A DNA stretch of 64,000 bases. Origin: Auanema rhodensis (taxonomy: Eukaryota; Animalia; Nematoda). Below the pieces are notes generated by a model. The model did no database searches, was not told where the DNA came from, and was given only the letters and a program-made list of their open reading frames with translations. The stretch covers positions 2,914,001 through 2,978,000 of the forward strand of contig OZ059896.1 of NCBI GenBank assembly GCA_964057225.1, read 5' to 3'. A program made the translations under genes and the position numbers. This document shows, in pieces, positions 13,701-27,353 of the stretch (the first letter of the stretch is position 1; each line of letters starts with the position of its first letter).

Positions 13701-14033
13701 TATAAGTTCACACTTATATCCTCGATTTTCACCCTGAAGAATTAATTTTTTCGTTGAATAACATTGTCCATCGTTTTTGCCTTGAAAGAAGGAATCTAAA
13801 AACATCTACTTTTTGCTAAATTATTTTGAAATTTTTTGAAAAAATTTTTGTCAAAATGTTTTTGGAAGCAATGTTGAGTGTACATGGAAACTCAACATAC
13901 ACTAATGCATCATTTTTCAAACGATCATAACTAATTTTTGTGATGAGCGTTTCTCCATGTAGTATAGTGCATTCGATGCGGAATTTTAAGCTGCGTCGAT
14001 CTGTGTTATCAGATTTGCGCTAGCTTAAAAATG
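7724..14033 (+). repeat. 9-monomer higher-order duplication (3155-bp period, 2 copies)
   Basis: Markers repeat at +3155: GCAGTCGAT (~9412/~12567), AATTCTGTC (~9637/~12792) and GATATGAGT (~10194/~13349). The identical spurious ORFs at 9172 and 12327 have the same offset. Confidence 0.9.
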
Positions 14034-17000
14034 CACCGAGATATCAACTGATATAAGTTCACACTTATATCCTCGATTTTCACCCTGAAGAATTAATTTT
14101 TTCGTTGAATAACATTGTCCATCGTTTTTGCCTTGAAAGAAGGAATCTAAAAACATCTACTTTTTGCGAAATTATTTTGAAATTTTTCGAAAAAATTTTG
14201 TCAAAATGTTTTTGGAAGCAATGTTGAGTGTACATGGAAACTCAACATACACTAATGCATCATTTTTCAAACGATCATAACTAATTTTTGTATTAAGCTT
14301 TTCTTAATGTAGTGTAGTGCATTCGATGCGGAATTTTAAGCTGCGTCGATCTGTGTTATCAGATTTGCGCTAGCTTGAAAATGCACCGAGATATCAACTG
14401 ATATAAGTTCACACTTATATCCTCGATTTTCACCCTGAAGAATTAATTTTTTCGTTGAATAACATTGTCCATCGTTTTTGCCTTGAAAGAAGGAATCTAA
14501 AAACATCTACTTTTTGCTAAATTATTTTGAAATTTTTTGAAAAAATTTTTGTCAAAATGTTTTTGGAAGCAATGTTGAGTGTACATGGAAACTCAACATA
14601 CACTAATGCATCATTTTTCAAACGATCATAACTAATTTTTGTGATGAGCGTTTCTCCATGTAGTATAATGCATTCGATGCGGATTTTTAAGCTGCGTCGA
14701 TCTGTGTTATCAGATTTGCGCTAGCTTGAAAATGCACCGAGATATCAACTGATATAAGTTCACACTTATATCCTCGATTTTCACCCTGAAGAATTAATTT
14801 TTTCGTTGAATAACATTGTCCATCGTTTTTGCCTTGAAAGAAGGAATCTAAAAACATCTACTTTTTGCTAAATTATTTTGAAATTTTTCGAAAAAATTTT
14901 TGTCAAAATGTTTTTGGAAGCAATGTTGAGTGTACATGGAAACTCAACATACACTAATGCATCATTTTTCAAACGATCATAACTAATTTTTGTATTGAGC
15001 GTTTCTCCATGTAGTATAGTGCAGTCGATGCGGAATTTTAAGCTGCGTCGATCTGTGTTATCAGATTTGCGCTAGCTTAAAAATGCACCGAGATATCAAC
15101 TGATATAAGTTCACACTTATATCCTCGATTTTCACCCTGAAGAATTAATTTTTTCGTTGAATAACATTGTCCATCGTTTTTGCCTTGAAAAAAGGAATCT
15201 AAAAACATCTACTTTTTGCGAAATTATTTTGAAATTTTTCGAAAAAATTTTGTCAAAATGTTTTTGGAAGCAATGTTGAGTGTACATGGAAACTCAACAT
15301 ACACTAATGCATCATTTTTCAAACGATCATAACTAATTTTTGTATTAAGCTTTTCTTAATGTAGTATAGTGCATTCGATCCGGAATTTTAAGCTGCGTCG
15401 ATCTGTGTTATCAGATTTGCGCTAGCTTAAAAATGCACCGAGATATCAACTGATATAAGTTCACACTTATATCCTCGATTTTCACCCTGAAGAATTAATT
15501 TTTTCGTTGAATAACATTGTCCATCGTTTTTGCCTTGAAAAAAGGAATCTAAAAACATCTACTTTTTGCGAAATTATTTTGAAATTTTTCGAAAAAATTT
15601 TGTCAAAATGTTTTTGGAAGCAATGTTGAGTGTACATGGAAACTCAACATACACTAATGCATCATTTTTCAAACGATCATAACTAATTTTTGTGATGAGC
15701 GTTTCTCCATGTAGTATAGTGCATTCGATGCGGAATTTTAAGCTGCGTCGATCTGTGTTATCAGATTTGCGCTAGCTTAAAAATGCACCGAGATATCAAC
15801 TGATATAAGTTCACACTTATATCCTCGATTTTCACCCTGAAGAATTAATTTTTTCGTTGAATAACATTGTCCATCGTTTTTGCCTTGAAAAAAGGAATCT
15901 AAAAACATCTACTTTTTGCGAAATTATTTTGAAATTTTTCGAAAAAATTTTGTCAAAATGTTTTTGGAAGCAATGTTGAGTGTACATGGAAACTCAACAT
16001 ACACTAATGCATCATTTTTCAAACGATCATAACTAATTTTTGTATTAAGCTTTTCTTAATGTAGTATAGTGCATTCGATGCGGAATTTTAAGCTGCGTCG
16101 ATCTGTGTTATCAGATTTGCGCTAGCTTGAAAATGCACCGAGATATCAACTGATATAAGTTCACACTTATATCCTCGATTTTCACCCTGAAGAATTAATT
16201 TTTTCGTTGAATAACATTGTCCATCGTTTTTGCCTTGAAAGAAGAAATCTAAAAACATCTACTTTTTGCTAAATTATTTTGAAATTTTTTGAAAAAATTT
16301 TTGTCAAAATGTTTTTGGAAGCAATGTTGAGTGTACATGGAAACTCAACATACACTAATGCATCATTTTTCAAACGATCATAACTAATTTTTTGTGATGA
16401 GCGTTTCTACATGTAGTATAGTGCATTCGATGCGGATTTTTAAGCTGCGTCGATCTGTGTTATCAGATTTGCGCTAGCTTAAAAATGCACCGAGATATCA
16501 ACTGATATAAGTTCACACTTATATCCTCGATTTTCACCCTGAAGAATTAATTTTTTCGTTGAATAACATTGTCCATCGTTTTTGCCTTGAAAGAAGGAAT
16601 CTAAAAACATCTACTTTTTGCGAAATTATTTTGAAATTTTTCGAAAAAATTTTGTCAAAATGTTTTTGGAAGCAATGTTGAGTGTACATGGAAACTCAAC
16701 ATACACTAATGCATCATTTTTCAAACGATCATAACTAATTTTTGTATTAAGCTTTTCTTAATGTAGTATAGTGCATTCGATGCGGAATTTTAAGCTGCGT
16801 CGATCTGTGTTATCAGATTTGCGCTAGCTTGAAAATGCACCGAGATATCAACTGATATAAGTTCACACTTATATCCTCGATTTTCACCCTGAAGAATTAA
16901 TTTTTTCGTTGAATAACATTGTCCATCGTTTTTGCCTTGAAAGAAGGAATCTAAAAACATCTACTTTTTGCTAAATTATTTTGAAATTTTTTGAAAAAAT

Positions 17001-18589
17001 TTTTGTCAAAATGTTTTTGGAAGCAATGTTGAGTGTACATGGAAACTCAACATACACTAATGCATCATTTTTCAAACGATCATAACTAATTTTTGTGATG
17101 AGCGTTTCTACATGTAGTATAGTGCATTCGATGCGGATTTTTAAGCTGCGTCGATCTGTGTTATCAGATTTGCGCTAGCTTAAAAATGCACCGAGATATC
17201 AACTGATATAAGTTCACACTTATATCCTCGATTTTCACCCTGAAGAATTAATTTTTTCGTTGAATAACATTGTCCATCGTTTTTGCCTTGAAAGAAGGAA
17301 TCTAAAAACATCTACTTTTTGCGAAATTATTTTGAAATTTTTCGAAAAAATTTTGTCAAAATGTTTTTGGAAGCAATGTTGAGTGTACATGGAAACTCAA
17401 CATACACTAATGCATCATTTTTCAAACGATCATAACTAATTTTTGTATTAAGCTTTTCTTAATGTAGTATAGTGCATTCGATGCGGAATTTTAAGCTGCG
17501 TCGATCTGTGTTATCAGATTTGGGCTAGCTTGAAAATGCACCGAGATATCAACTGATATAAGTTCACACTTATATCCTCGATTTTCACCCTGAAGAATTA
17601 ATTTTTTCGTTGAATAACATTGTCCATCGTTTTTGCCTCAAAAAAAGGAATCTGAAAACATCTACTTTTTGCAAAATTATTTTGAAATTTTTCGAAAAAA
17701 TTTTGTCAAAATGTTTTTGGAAGCAATGTTGAGTGTACATGGAAACTCAACATACACTAATGCATCATTTTTCAAACGATCATAACTAATTTTTGTATTA
17801 AGCGTTTCTCAATGTAGTATAGTGCATTCGATGCGGATTATTAAGCTGCGTCGATCTGTACTATCAGATTTGCGCTAGCTTAAAGATGCACCGAGATATC
17901 AACTGATATAAGTTCACACCTATATCCTCGATTTTCACCCTGAAGAATTAATTTTTTCGTTGAATAACATTGTCCATCGTTTTTGCCTCGAAAAAAGGAA
18001 TCTAAAAACATCTACTTTTTGCTAAATTATTTTGAAATTTTTCGAAAAAATTTTTGTCAAAATGTTTTTGGAAGCAATTTTGAGTGTACATGGAAACTCA
18101 ACATACACTAATGCATCATTTTTCAAACGATCATAACTAATTTTTGTATTGAGCGTTTCTCCATGTAGTATAGTGCATTCGATGCGGATTTTTAAGCTGC
18201 GTCGATCGGTGCTATCAGATTTGCGCTAGCTTAAAAATGCACCGAGATATCAACTGATATAAGTTCACACTTATATCCTCGATTTTCACCCTGAAGAATT
18301 AATTTTTTCGTTGAATAACATTGTCCATCGTTTTTGCCTCAAAAAAAGGAATCTGAAAACATCTACTTTTTGCAAAATTATTTTGAAATTTTTCGAAAAA
18401 ATTTTGTCAAAATGTTTTTGGAAGCAATGTTGAGTGTACATGGAAACTCAACATACACTAATGCATCATTTTTCAAACGATCATAACTAATTTTTGTATT
18501 AAGCTTTTCTTAATGTAGTATAGTGCATTCGATGCGGAATTTTAAGCTGCGTCGATCTGTGTTATCAGATTTGCGCTAGCTTGAAAATG

Positions 18590-20695
18590 CACCGAGATAT
18601 CAACTGATATAAGTTCACACTTATATCCTCGATTTTCACCCTGAAGAATTAATTTTTTCGTTGAATAACATTGTCCATCGTTTTTGCCTTGAAAGAAGGA
18701 ATCTAAAAACATCTACTTTTTGCTAAATTATTTTGAAATTTTTTGAAAAAATTTTTGTCAAAATGTTTTTGGAAGCAATGTTGAGTGTACATGGAAACTC
18801 AACATACACTAATGCATCATTTTTCAAACGATCATAACTAATTTTTGTGATGAGCGTTTCTACATGTAGTATAGTGCATTCGATGCGGATTTTTAAGCTG
18901 CGTCGATCTGTGTTATCAGATTTGCGCTAGCTTAAAAATGCACCGAGATATCAACTGATATAAGTTCACACTTATATCCTCGATTTTCACCCTGAAGAAT
19001 TAATTTTTTCGTTGAATAACATTGTCCATCGTTTTTGCCTTGAAAGAAGGAATCTAAAAACATCTACTTTTTGCTAAATTATTTTGAAATTTTTTGAAAA
19101 AATTTTTGTCAAAATGTTTTTGGAAGCAATGTTGAGTGTACATGGAAACTCAACATACACTAATGCATCATTTTTCAAACGATCATAACTAATTTTTGTG
19201 ATGAGCGTTTCTACATGTAGTATAGTGCATTCGATGCGGATTTTTAAGCTGCGTCGATCTGTGTTATCAGATTTGCGCTAGCTTAAAAATGCACCGAGAT
19301 ATCAACTGATATAAGTTCACACTTATATCCTAGATTTTCACCCTGAAGAATTAATTTTTTCGTTGAATAACATTGTCCATCGTTTTTGCCTTGAAAGAAG
19401 GAATCTAAAAACATCTACTTTTTGCTAAATTATTTTGAAATTTTTTGAAAAAATTTTTGTCAAAATGTTTTTGGAAGCAATGTTGAGTGTACATGGAAAC
19501 TCAACATACACTAATGCATCATTTTTCAAACGATCATAACTAATTTTTGTGATGAGCGTTTCTACATGTAGTATAGTGCATTCGATGCGGATTTTTAAGC
19601 TGCGTCGATCTGTGTTATCAGATTTGCGCTAGCTTAAAAATGCACCGAGATATCAACTGATATAAGTTCACACTTATATCCTCGATTTTCACCCTGAAGA
19701 ATTAATTTTTTCGTTGAATAACATTGTCCATCGTTTTTGCCTTGAAAGAAGGAATCTAAAAACATCTACTTTTTGCTAAATTATTTTGAAATTTTTTGAA
19801 AAAATTTTTGTCAAAATGTTTTTGGAAGCAATGTTGAGTGTACATGGAAACTCAACATACACTAATGCATCATTTTTCAAACGATCATAACTAATTTTTG
19901 TGATGAGCGTTTCTACATGTAGTATAGTGCATTCGATGCGGATTTTTAAGCTGCGTCGATCTGTGTTATCAGATTTGCGCTAGCTTAAAAATGCACCGAG
20001 ATATCAACTGATATAAGTTCACACTTATATCCTAGATTTTCACCCTGAAGAATTAATTTTTTCGTTGAATAACATTGTCCATCGTTTTTGCCTTGAAAGA
20101 AGGAATCTAAAAACATCTACTTTTTGCTAAATTATTTTGAAATTTTTTGAAAAAATTTTTGTCAAAATGTTTTTGGAAGCAATGTTGAGTGTACATGGAA
20201 ACTCAACATACACTAATGCATCATTTTTCAAACGATCATAACTAATTTTTGTGATGAGCGTTTCTACATGTAGTATAGTGCATTCGATGCGGATTTTTAA
20301 GCTGCGTCGATCTGTGTTATCAGATTTGCGCTAGCTTAAAAATGCACCGAGATATCAACTGATATAAGTTCACACTTATATCCTAGATTTTCACCCTGAA
20401 GAATTAATTTTTTCGTTGAATAACATTGTCCATCGTTTTTGCCTTGAAAGAAGGAATCTAAAAACATCTACTTTTTGCTAAATTATTTTGAAATTTTTTG
20501 AAAAAATTTTTGTCAAAATGTTTTTGGAAGCAATGTTGAGTGTACATGGAAACTCAACATACACTAATGCATCATTTTTCAAACGATCATAACTAATTTT
20601 TGTGATGAGCGTTTCTACATGTAGTATAGTGCATTCGATGCGGATTTTTAAGCTGCGTCGATCTGTGTTATCAGATTTGCGCTAGCTTAAAAATG
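18590..20695 (+). repeat. Run of six near-identical 351-bp monomers
   Basis: Monomers at 18590, 18941, 19292, 19643, 19994 and 20345 share GAAAGAAGG, GCTAAA, TTTTTTGAAAA, GTGATGAG and CTACATG. The only difference seen is CCTCGAT vs CCTAGAT. Confidence 0.88.
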
Positions 20696-23600
20696 CACCG
20701 AGATATCAACTGATATAAGTTCACACTTATATCCTCGATTTTCACCCTGAAGAATTAATTTTTTCGTTGAATAACATTGTCCATCGTTTTTGCCTTGAAA
20801 GAAGGAATCTAAAAACATCTACTTTTTGCGAAATTATTTTGAAATTTTTCGAAAAAATTTTGTCAAAATGTTTTTGGAAGCAATGTTGAGTGTACATGGA
20901 AACTCAACATACACTAATGCATCATTTTTCAAACGATCATAACTAATTTTTGTATTAAGCTTTTCTTAATGTAGTATAGTGCATTCGATGCGGAATTTTA
21001 AGCTGCGTCGATCTGTGTTATCAGATTTGGGCTAGCTTGAAAATGCACCGAGATATCAACTGATATAAGTTCACACTTATATCCTCGATTTTCACCCTGA
21101 AGAATTAATTTTTTCGTTGAATAACATTGTCCATCGTTTTTGCCTCAAAAAAAGGAATCTGAAAACATCTACTTTTTGCAAAATTATTTTGAAATTTTTC
21201 GAAAAAATTTTGTCAAAATGTTTTTGGAAGCAATGTTGAGTGTACATGGAAACTCAACATACACTAATGCATCATTTTTCAAACGATCATAACTAATTTT
21301 TGTATTAAGCGTTTCTCAATGTAGTATAGTGCATTCGATGCGGATTATTAAGCTGCGTCGATCTGTACTATCAGATTTGCGCTAGCTTAAAGATGCACCG
21401 AGATATCAACTGATATAAGTTCACACCTATATCCTCGATTTTCACCCTGAAGAATTAATTTTTTCGTTGAATAACATTGTCCATCGTTTTTGCCTCGAAA
21501 AAAGGAATCTAAAAACATCTACTTTTTGCTAAATTATTTTGAAATTTTTCGAAAAAATTTTTGTCAAAATGTTTTTGGAAGCAATTTTGAGTGTACATGG
21601 AAACTCAACATACACTAATGCATCATTTTTCAAACGATCATAACTAATTTTTGTATTGAGCGTTTCTCCATGTAGTATAGTGCATTCGATGCGGATTTTT
21701 AAGCTGCGTCGATCGGTGCTATCAGATTTGCGCTAGCTTAAAAATGCACCGAGATATCAACTGATATAAGTTCACACTTATATCCTCGATTTTCACCCTG
21801 AAGAATTAATTTTTTCGTTGAATAACATTGTCCATCGTTTTTGCCTCAAAAAAAGGAATCTGAAAACATCTACTTTTTGCGAAATTATTTTGAAATTTTT
21901 CGAAAAAATTTTGTCAAAATGTTTTTGGAAGCAATGTTGAGTGTACATGGAAACTCAACATACACTAATGCATCATTTTTCAAACGATCATAACTAATTT
22001 TTGTATTAAGCGTTTCTCAATGTAGTATAGTGCATTCGATGCGGATTATTAAGCTGCGTCGATCTGTACTATCAGATTTGCGCTAGCTTAAAGATGCACC
22101 GAGATATCAACTGATATAAGTTCACACCTATATCCTCGATTTTCACCCTGAAGAATTAATTTTTTCGTTGAATAACATTGTCCATCGTTTTTGCCTCGAA
22201 AAAAGGAATCTAAAAACATCTACTTTTTGCTAAATTATTTTGAAATTTTTCGAAAAAATTTTTGTCAAAATGTTTTTGGAAGCAATGTTGAGTGTACATG
22301 GAAACTCAACATACACTAATGCATCATTTTTCAAACAATCATAACTAATTTTTGTATTGAGCGTTTCTCCATGTAGTATAGTGCATTCGATGCGGATTAT
22401 TAAGCTGCGTCGATCTGTGCTATCAGATTTGCGCTAGCTTAAAAATGCACCGAGATATCAACTGATATAAGTTCACACTTATATCCTCGATTTTCACCCT
22501 GAAGAATTAATTTTTTCGTTGAATAACATTGTCCATCGTTTTTGCCTCAAAAAAAGGAATCTGAAAACATCTACTTTTTGCGAAATTATTTTGAAATTTT
22601 TCGAAAAAATTTTGTCAAAATGTTTTTGGAAGCAATGTTGAGTGTACATGGAAACTCAACATACACTAATGCATCATTTTTCAAACGATCATAACTAATT
22701 TTTGTATTAAGCTTTTCTCAATGTAATATAGTGCATTCGATGCGGATTTTTAAGCTGCGTCGATCTGTGCTATCAGATTTGCGCTAGCTTAAAAATGCAC
22801 CGAGATATCAACTGATATAAGTTCACACTTATATCCTCGATTTTCACCCTGAAGAATTAATTTTTTCGTTGAATAACATTGTCCATCGTTTTTGCCTTGA
22901 AAAAAGGAATCTAAAAACATCTACTTTTTGCGAAATTATTTTGAAATTTTTCGAAAAAATTTTGTCAAAATGTTTTTGGAAGCAATGTTGAGTGTACATG
23001 GAAACTCAACATACACTAATGCATCATTTTTCAAACGATCATAACTAATTTTTGTATTAAGCTTTTCTTAATGTAGTATAGTGCATTCGATGCGGAATTT
23101 TAAGCTGCGTCGATCTGTGTTATCAGATTTGCGCTAGCTTAAAAATGCACCGAGATATCAACTGATATAAGTTCACACCTATATCCTCGATTTTCACCCT
23201 GAAGAATTAATTTTTTCGTTGAATAACATTGTCCATCGTTTTTGCCTTGAAAGAAGAAATCTAAAAACATCTACTTTTTGCTAAATTATTTTGAAATTTT
23301 TTGAAAAAATTTTTGTCAAAATGTTTTTGGAAGCAATGTTGAGTGTACATGGAAACTCAACATACACTAATGCATCATTTTTCAAACGATCATAACTAAT
23401 TTTTGTGATGAGCGTTTCTACATGTAGTATAGTGCATTCGATGCGGATTTTTAAGCTGCGTCGATCTGTGTTATCAGATTTGCGCTAGCTTAAAAATGCA
23501 CCGAGATATCAACTGATATAAGTTCACACTTATATCCTCGATTTTCACCCTGAAGAATTAATTTTTTCGTTGAATAACATTGTCCATCGTTTTTGCCTTG

Positions 23601-26600
23601 AAAGAAGGAATCTAAAAACATCTACTTTTTGCGAAATTATTTTGAAATTTTTCGAAAAAATTTTGTCAAAATGTTTTTGGAAGCAATGTTGAGTGTACAT
23701 GGAAACTCAACATACACTAATGCATCATTTTTCAAACGATCATAACTAATTTTTGTATTAAGCTTTTCTTAATGTAGTATAGTGCATTCGATGCGGAATT
23801 TTAAGCTGCGTCGATCTGTGTTATCAGATTTGCGCTAGCTTGAAAATGCACCGAGATATCAACTGATATAAGTTCACACTTATATCCTCGATTTTCACCC
23901 TGAAGAATTAATTTTTTCGTTGAATAACATTGTCCATCGTTTTTGCCTTGAAAGAAGGAATCTAAGAACATCTACTTTTTGCTAAATTATTTTGAAATTT
24001 TTTGAAAAAATTTTTGTCAAAATGTTTTTGGAAGCAATGTTGAGTGTACATGGAAACTCAACATACACTAATGCATCATTTTTCAAACGATCATAACTAA
24101 TTTTTGTGATGAGCGTTTCTACATGTAGTATAGTGCATTCGATGCGGATTTTTAAGCTGCGTCGATCTGTGTTATCAGATTTGCGCTAGCTTAAAAATGC
24201 ACCGAGATATCAACTGATATAAGTTCACACTTATATCCTAGATTTTCACCCTGAAGAATTAATTTTTTCGTTGAATAACATTGTCCATCGTTTTTGCCTT
24301 GAAAGAAGGAATCTAAAAACATCTACTTTTTGCTAAATTATTTTGAAATTTTTTGAAAAAATTTTTGTCAAAATGTTTTTGGAAGCAATGTTGAGTGTAC
24401 ATGGAAACTCAACATACACTAATGCATCATTTTTCAAACGATCATAACTAATTTTTGTGATGAGCGTTTCTACATGTAGTATAGTGCATTCGATGCGGAT
24501 TTTTAAGCTGCGTCGATCTGTGTTATCAGATTTGCGCTAGCTTAAAAATGCACCGAGATATCAACTGATATAAGTTCACACTTATATCCTCGATTTTCAC
24601 CCTGAAGAATTAATTTTTTCGTTGAATAACATTGTCCATCGTTTTTGCCTTGAAAGAAGGAATCTAAAAACATCTACTTTTTGCGAAATTATTTTGAAAT
24701 TTTTCGAAAAAATTTTGTCAAAATGTTTTTGGAAGCAATGTTGAGTGTACATGGAAACTCAACATACACTAATGCATCATTTTTCAAACGATCATAACTA
24801 ATTTTTGTATTAAGCTTTTCTTAATGTAGTATAGTGCATTCGATGCGGAATTTTAAGCTGCGTCGATCTGTGTTATCAGATTTGGGCTAGCTTGAAAATG
24901 CACCGAGATATCAACTGATATAAGTTCACACTTATATCCTCGATTTTCACCCTGAAGAATTAATTTTTTCGTTGAATAACATTGTCCATCGTTTTTGCCT
25001 CAAAAAAAGGAATCTGAAAACATCTACTTTTTGCAAAATTATTTTGAAATTTTTCGAAAAAATTTTGTCAAAATGTTTTTGGAAGCAATGTTGAGTGTAC
25101 ATGGAAACTCAACATACACTAATGCATCATTTTTCAAACGATCATAACTAATTTTTGTATTAAGCGTTTCTCAATGTAGTATAGTGCATTCGATGCGGAT
25201 TATTAAGCTGCGTCGATCTGTACTATCAGATTTGCGCTAGCTTAAAGATGCACCGAGATATCAACTGATATAAGTTCACACCTATATCCTCGATTTTCAC
25301 CCTGAAGAATTAATTTTTTCGTTGAATAACATTGTCCATCGTTTTTGCCTCGAAAAAAGGAATCTAAAAACATCTACTTTTTGCTAAATTATTTTGAAAT
25401 TTTTCGAAAAAATTTTTGTCAAAATGTTTTTGGAAGCAATTTTGAGTGTACATGGAAACTCAACATACACTAATGCATCATTTTTCAAACGATCATAACT
25501 AATTTTTGTATTGAGCGTTTCTCCATGTAGTATAGTGCATTCGATGCGGATTTTTAAGCTGCGTCGATCGGTGCTATCAGATTTGCGCTAGCTTAAAAAT
25601 GCACCGAGATATCAACTGATATAAGTTCACACTTATATCCTCGATTTTCACCCTGAAGAATTAATTTTTTCGTTGAATAACATTGTCCATCGTTTTTGCC
25701 TCAAAAAAAGGAATCTGAAAACATCTACTTTTTGCGAAATTATTTTGAAATTTTTCGAAAAAATTTTGTCAAAATGTTTTTGGAAGCAATGTTGAGTGTA
25801 CATGGAAACTCAACATACACTAATGCATCATTTTTCAAACGATCATAACTAATTTTTGTATTAAGCGTTTCTCAATGTAGTATAGTGCATTCGATGCGGA
25901 TTATTAAGCTGCGTCGATCTGTACTATCAGATTTGCGCTAGCTTAAAGATGCACCGAGATATCAACTGATATAAGTTCACACCTATATCCTCGATTTTCA
26001 CCCTGAAGAATTAATTTTTTCGTTGAATAACATTGTCCATCGTTTTTGCCTCGAAAAAAGGAATCTAAAAACATCTACTTTTTGCTAAATTATTTTGAAA
26101 TTTTTCGAAAAAATTTTTGTCAAAATGTTTTTGGAAGCAATGTTGAGTGTACATGGAAACTCAACATACACTAATGCATCATTTTTCAAACAATCATAAC
26201 TAATTTTTGTATTGAGCGTTTCTCCATGTAGTATAGTGCATTCGATGCGGATTATTAAGCTGCGTCGATCTGTGCTATCAGATTTGCGCTAGCTTAAAAA
26301 TGCACCGAGATATCAACTGATATAAGTTCACACTTATATCCTCGATTTTCACCCTGAAGAATTAATTTTTTCGTTGAATAACATTGTCCATCGTTTTTGC
26401 CTCAAAAAAAGGAATCTGAAAACATCTACTTTTTGCGAAATTATTTTGAAATTTTTCGAAAAAATTTTGTCAAAATGTTTTTGGAAGCAATGTTGAGTGT
26501 ACATGGAAACTCAACATACACTAATGCATCATTTTTCAAACGATCATAACTAATTTTTGTATTAAGCTTTTCTCAATGTAATATAGTGCATTCGATGCGG

Positions 26601-27353
26601 ATTTTTAAGCTGCGTCGATCTGTGCTATCAGATTTGCGCTAGCTTAAAAATGCACCGAGATATCAACTGATATAAGTTCACACTTATATCCTCGATTTTC
26701 ACCCTGAAGAATTAATTTTTTCGTTGAATAACATTGTCCATCGTTTTTGCCTTGAAAAAAGGAATCTAAAAACATCTACTTTTTGCGAAATTATTTTGAA
26801 ATTTTTCGAAAAAATTTTGTCAAAATGTTTTTGGAAGCAATGTTGAGTGTACATGGAAACTCAACATACACTAATGCATCATTTTTCAAACGATCATAAC
26901 TAATTTTTGTATTAAGCTTTTCTTAATGTAGTATAGTGCATTCGATGCGGAATTTTAAGCTGCGTCGATCTGTGTTATCAGATTTGCGCTAGCTTGAAAA
27001 TGCACCGAGATATCAACTGATATAAGTTCACACTTATATCCTCGATTTTCACCCTGAAGAATTAATTTTTTCGTTGAATAACATTGTCCATCGTTTTTGC
27101 CTTGAAAGGAGAAATCTAAAAACATCTACTTTTTGCTAAATTATTTTGAAATTTTTTGAAAAAATTTTTGTCAAAATGTTTTTGGAAGCAATGTTGAGTG
27201 TACATGGAAACTCAACATACACTAATGCATCATTTTTCAAACGATCATAACTAATTTTTGTGATGAGCGTTTCTACATGTAGTATAGTGCATTCGATGCG
27301 GATTTTTAAGCTGCGTCGATCTGTGTTATCAGATTTGCGCTAGCTTAAAAATG
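20345..27353 (+). repeat. 11-monomer-period duplication (3855 bp; about 9 monomers copied)
   Basis: Markers repeat at about +3855: CCTAGAT (~20382/~24237), TTGGGCTAG (~21027/~24882), GATCGGTG (~21711/~25566) and AAACAATC (~22333/~26188). Confidence 0.88.
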
